Source: Mytilus edulis (taxonomy: Eukaryota). Taken from it: 64,000 bases of DNA. The DNA lies in NCBI RefSeq assembly GCF_963676685.1, contig NC_092346.1, positions 35,464,001 to 35,528,000 of the forward strand, in the 5' to 3' direction. Positions 61,992 to 64,000 of this stretch are shown one piece after another; the first letter of the stretch is position 1, and every line of letters starts with the position of its first letter. The translations under genes were made by a program, and so were the position numbers. The notes under the pieces were generated by a model that saw only the letters and a program-made list of their open reading frames with translations, was not told the origin of the DNA and did no database searches.

Positions 61992-64000
61992 AGACCGTTC
62001 TTAATAAGATTGTAATGAATATTCATATAAAATCGAAATCGAGGCTAAGCTAGGCAATTATTTGTAAACAATATGGCAGCATCAACAACAAACGGTACCT
62101 CATCAAAAGATCTCTCACATTTACCAGATATATCATTTGCTTTTGTGGAAGAATTTATAAGAAAACACAGCCAGAGTTCAGGAAAAGAACAAATGACAAA
62201 AGGATTCAAATACTACAGCGAGGAATACGTACATTCTGTGTCAGGTAAGGTCACTTGTTATGTTTGTTTACGAGGTGCACGTGAGAAATATTGTCTTTAC
62301 ACAAACCATTATTTTACCAGGAAATTATAACTTTTGACCATTATTTGTGCAGTAAAAATCATTATTCATATTCTTATTGTTTTAGTCTGCAGACTGCTGA
62401 TTTATTTAGATAATTAACTCCGTATCTTGATCCTGATAATCACGTATAAATCAGCTGAATAAGTGAAGGGTAGCAATCATGCATGAACCCTCTTTGACAG
62501 AAAGTATATTATTATTAGTAACAGATAATTAAACTTGTTTACATAGTTTTATATGTTAAATTTTATAGGTGTTTAGTATAAAAAAATGTATTTTTTTTTA
62601 CAGTGCATCCTGATGATACTGGGTGTTTGGTCAAAGGAAAATGTTTTAGATCACAAAGAAAAAACGAGTCTCCACATGATGTCAAGGTAGGCATACATTT
62701 TATTTCACTTGTTGTACTAAACATAGAATATAAATATTAACTTTATATCCTCCTCAAAAAATATTTTGCAAATAAACAATTTCATACAATAATAAAGAAC
62801 TTTACATATTAATCAATACATGCATATGAATATAATAAAATTAGTAACAAAATATTAAACTAATACATCTCAAATTCTTTCACAGATCATGCTAAATGGA
62901 GGGCAGATTGAATATTCATTCTGTACATGTACAATTGGACAAAGTGGTTACTGTGGACATGTGTCAGCCCTTCTTTACCAACTTGCACACTACAAATCCC
63001 TGAAAATGAAGTTAATTCCAACAGATATTGCGAAAACATCTTTACCACAGACGTGGCATGTTCCACGAGGCCAGAAATTACATGGTGAAAAGGCTGATAA
63101 CATCGTTGTGCAGGGTTATGACCGTGAGGATCCCCAACGAGCTACAAAGGGAATAAAGTCTACCCTATATAATCCTATTCCTGGGAACGAAGCTATTAAT
63201 GTCAATGACTTATTGGTCCAGGTTAACGATATGGACATTTTGTTTGACACTGTGGTGACAGAACACAGGACAGAACTAGTTCAAACTGAATTTGGTAAAT
63301 TCCCTAAAGGAAGCATTCTCAGTTATCAACAAAAAATGGCAAGTGACTACCTCCTCAACTTAATGGATAATAATTCATTTCCAGAATTACCATTGAAAAA
63401 TGTCATGATTAACAATTTTGAAACTGTTCTCATGAAAGACCAGTTAAAAAAGTATGACTCCTTGAAGGTTACACTGCTGGAAAGTAAAGAGATTGAGGAA
63501 GGAACACGTCTTCAATCGAATGATCCTAAATGGCATAAAATTAGACGTGATCGTATCACAGCATCACATGCAGGAGAAATAGCCAAGAGAAGAGCTGATG
63601 GGGCTAAACTTGCTGAACGCTTGCAGTCAACTAGACATGTTCAGACAGCAGCTATGAAACGTGGTATAGAATGTGAGGTTACTGCAGCCCAAGCCTATAG
63701 CAAGGTGATGAATGACAATGTCAACTTATATCCATGTGGTGTGATTGTAAATCCCTGGTGTCACTGGCTTGCAGCTACCCCAGACAGAAAAGTATATGCA
63801 CCTGATAGAAATCAACCACATGGTTTGTTGGAAATAAAGTGTCCAAACACTGACCAATTATCAAGCGTCAAATGTCTTCATTTAATTGACGGGGAGCTAA
63901 AATTGAAAAAAAATGATAACTATCATTATCAAATACAAATGCAAATGGCCGTGACAGGATTAGACTGGTGTGACTTTTTTGTTTGGCTTGAAAATGATTC
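61992..64000. mobile_element. ISL2EU-type transposon copy 2 (head-to-tail tandem, truncated by the window edge)
   Basis: Matches 57386-59394 at a constant offset of 4,606 bp. I saw no differences by eye, including in the homopolymer runs I checked. Confidence 0.9.
62073..64000 (+). CDS. SWIM-YqaJ exonuclease, copy 2 (exons 62073-62244, 62604-62686, 62886->64000; incomplete)
   Basis: Same sequence and splice sites as copy 1. Confidence 0.88.

Noticed and set aside
57386-64000. Prophage, giant-virus insertion or bacterial contamination suggested by the YqaJ recombinase domain
   Set aside because: The gene has spliceosomal introns, sits inside TIRs with a THAP transposase, and no other viral or bacterial genes are present.

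Overview
AT-rich, intron-containing animal genomic DNA. The repeat landscape (V-domain SINEs, Helentron-type HINEs, poly-G MITEs) suggests a bivalve mollusc such as Mytilus; this is an inference. Host genes: the 5' part of CEP112 (minus strand, runs off the left edge); a complete 6-exon NAA20 (plus strand, 173 aa, with a U12-type intron 2 and a 13.2-kb intron 5); and a 2-exon secreted protein (signal peptide, half IGFBP domain, follistatin/Kazal module, very basic tail; minus strand). A 45-codon transmembrane ORF starts 2 nt after the NAA20 stop. The right end holds an intact 4,600-bp ISL2EU/IS4EU-type DNA transposon with two convergent spliced genes (THAP-HTH-DDE transposase; SWIM + YqaJ/lambda-exonuclease). 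After a 6-bp spacer comes an apparently identical head-to-tail copy that runs off the window. The element's degenerate ~100-bp terminal inverted repeats contain a shared 16-bp motif and both start codons, so the tandem junction places the two genes head-to-head. The rest is nested MITEs, a LINE fragment, SINEs, HINEs, hairpin elements and minisatellites. All coordinates were read by eye.
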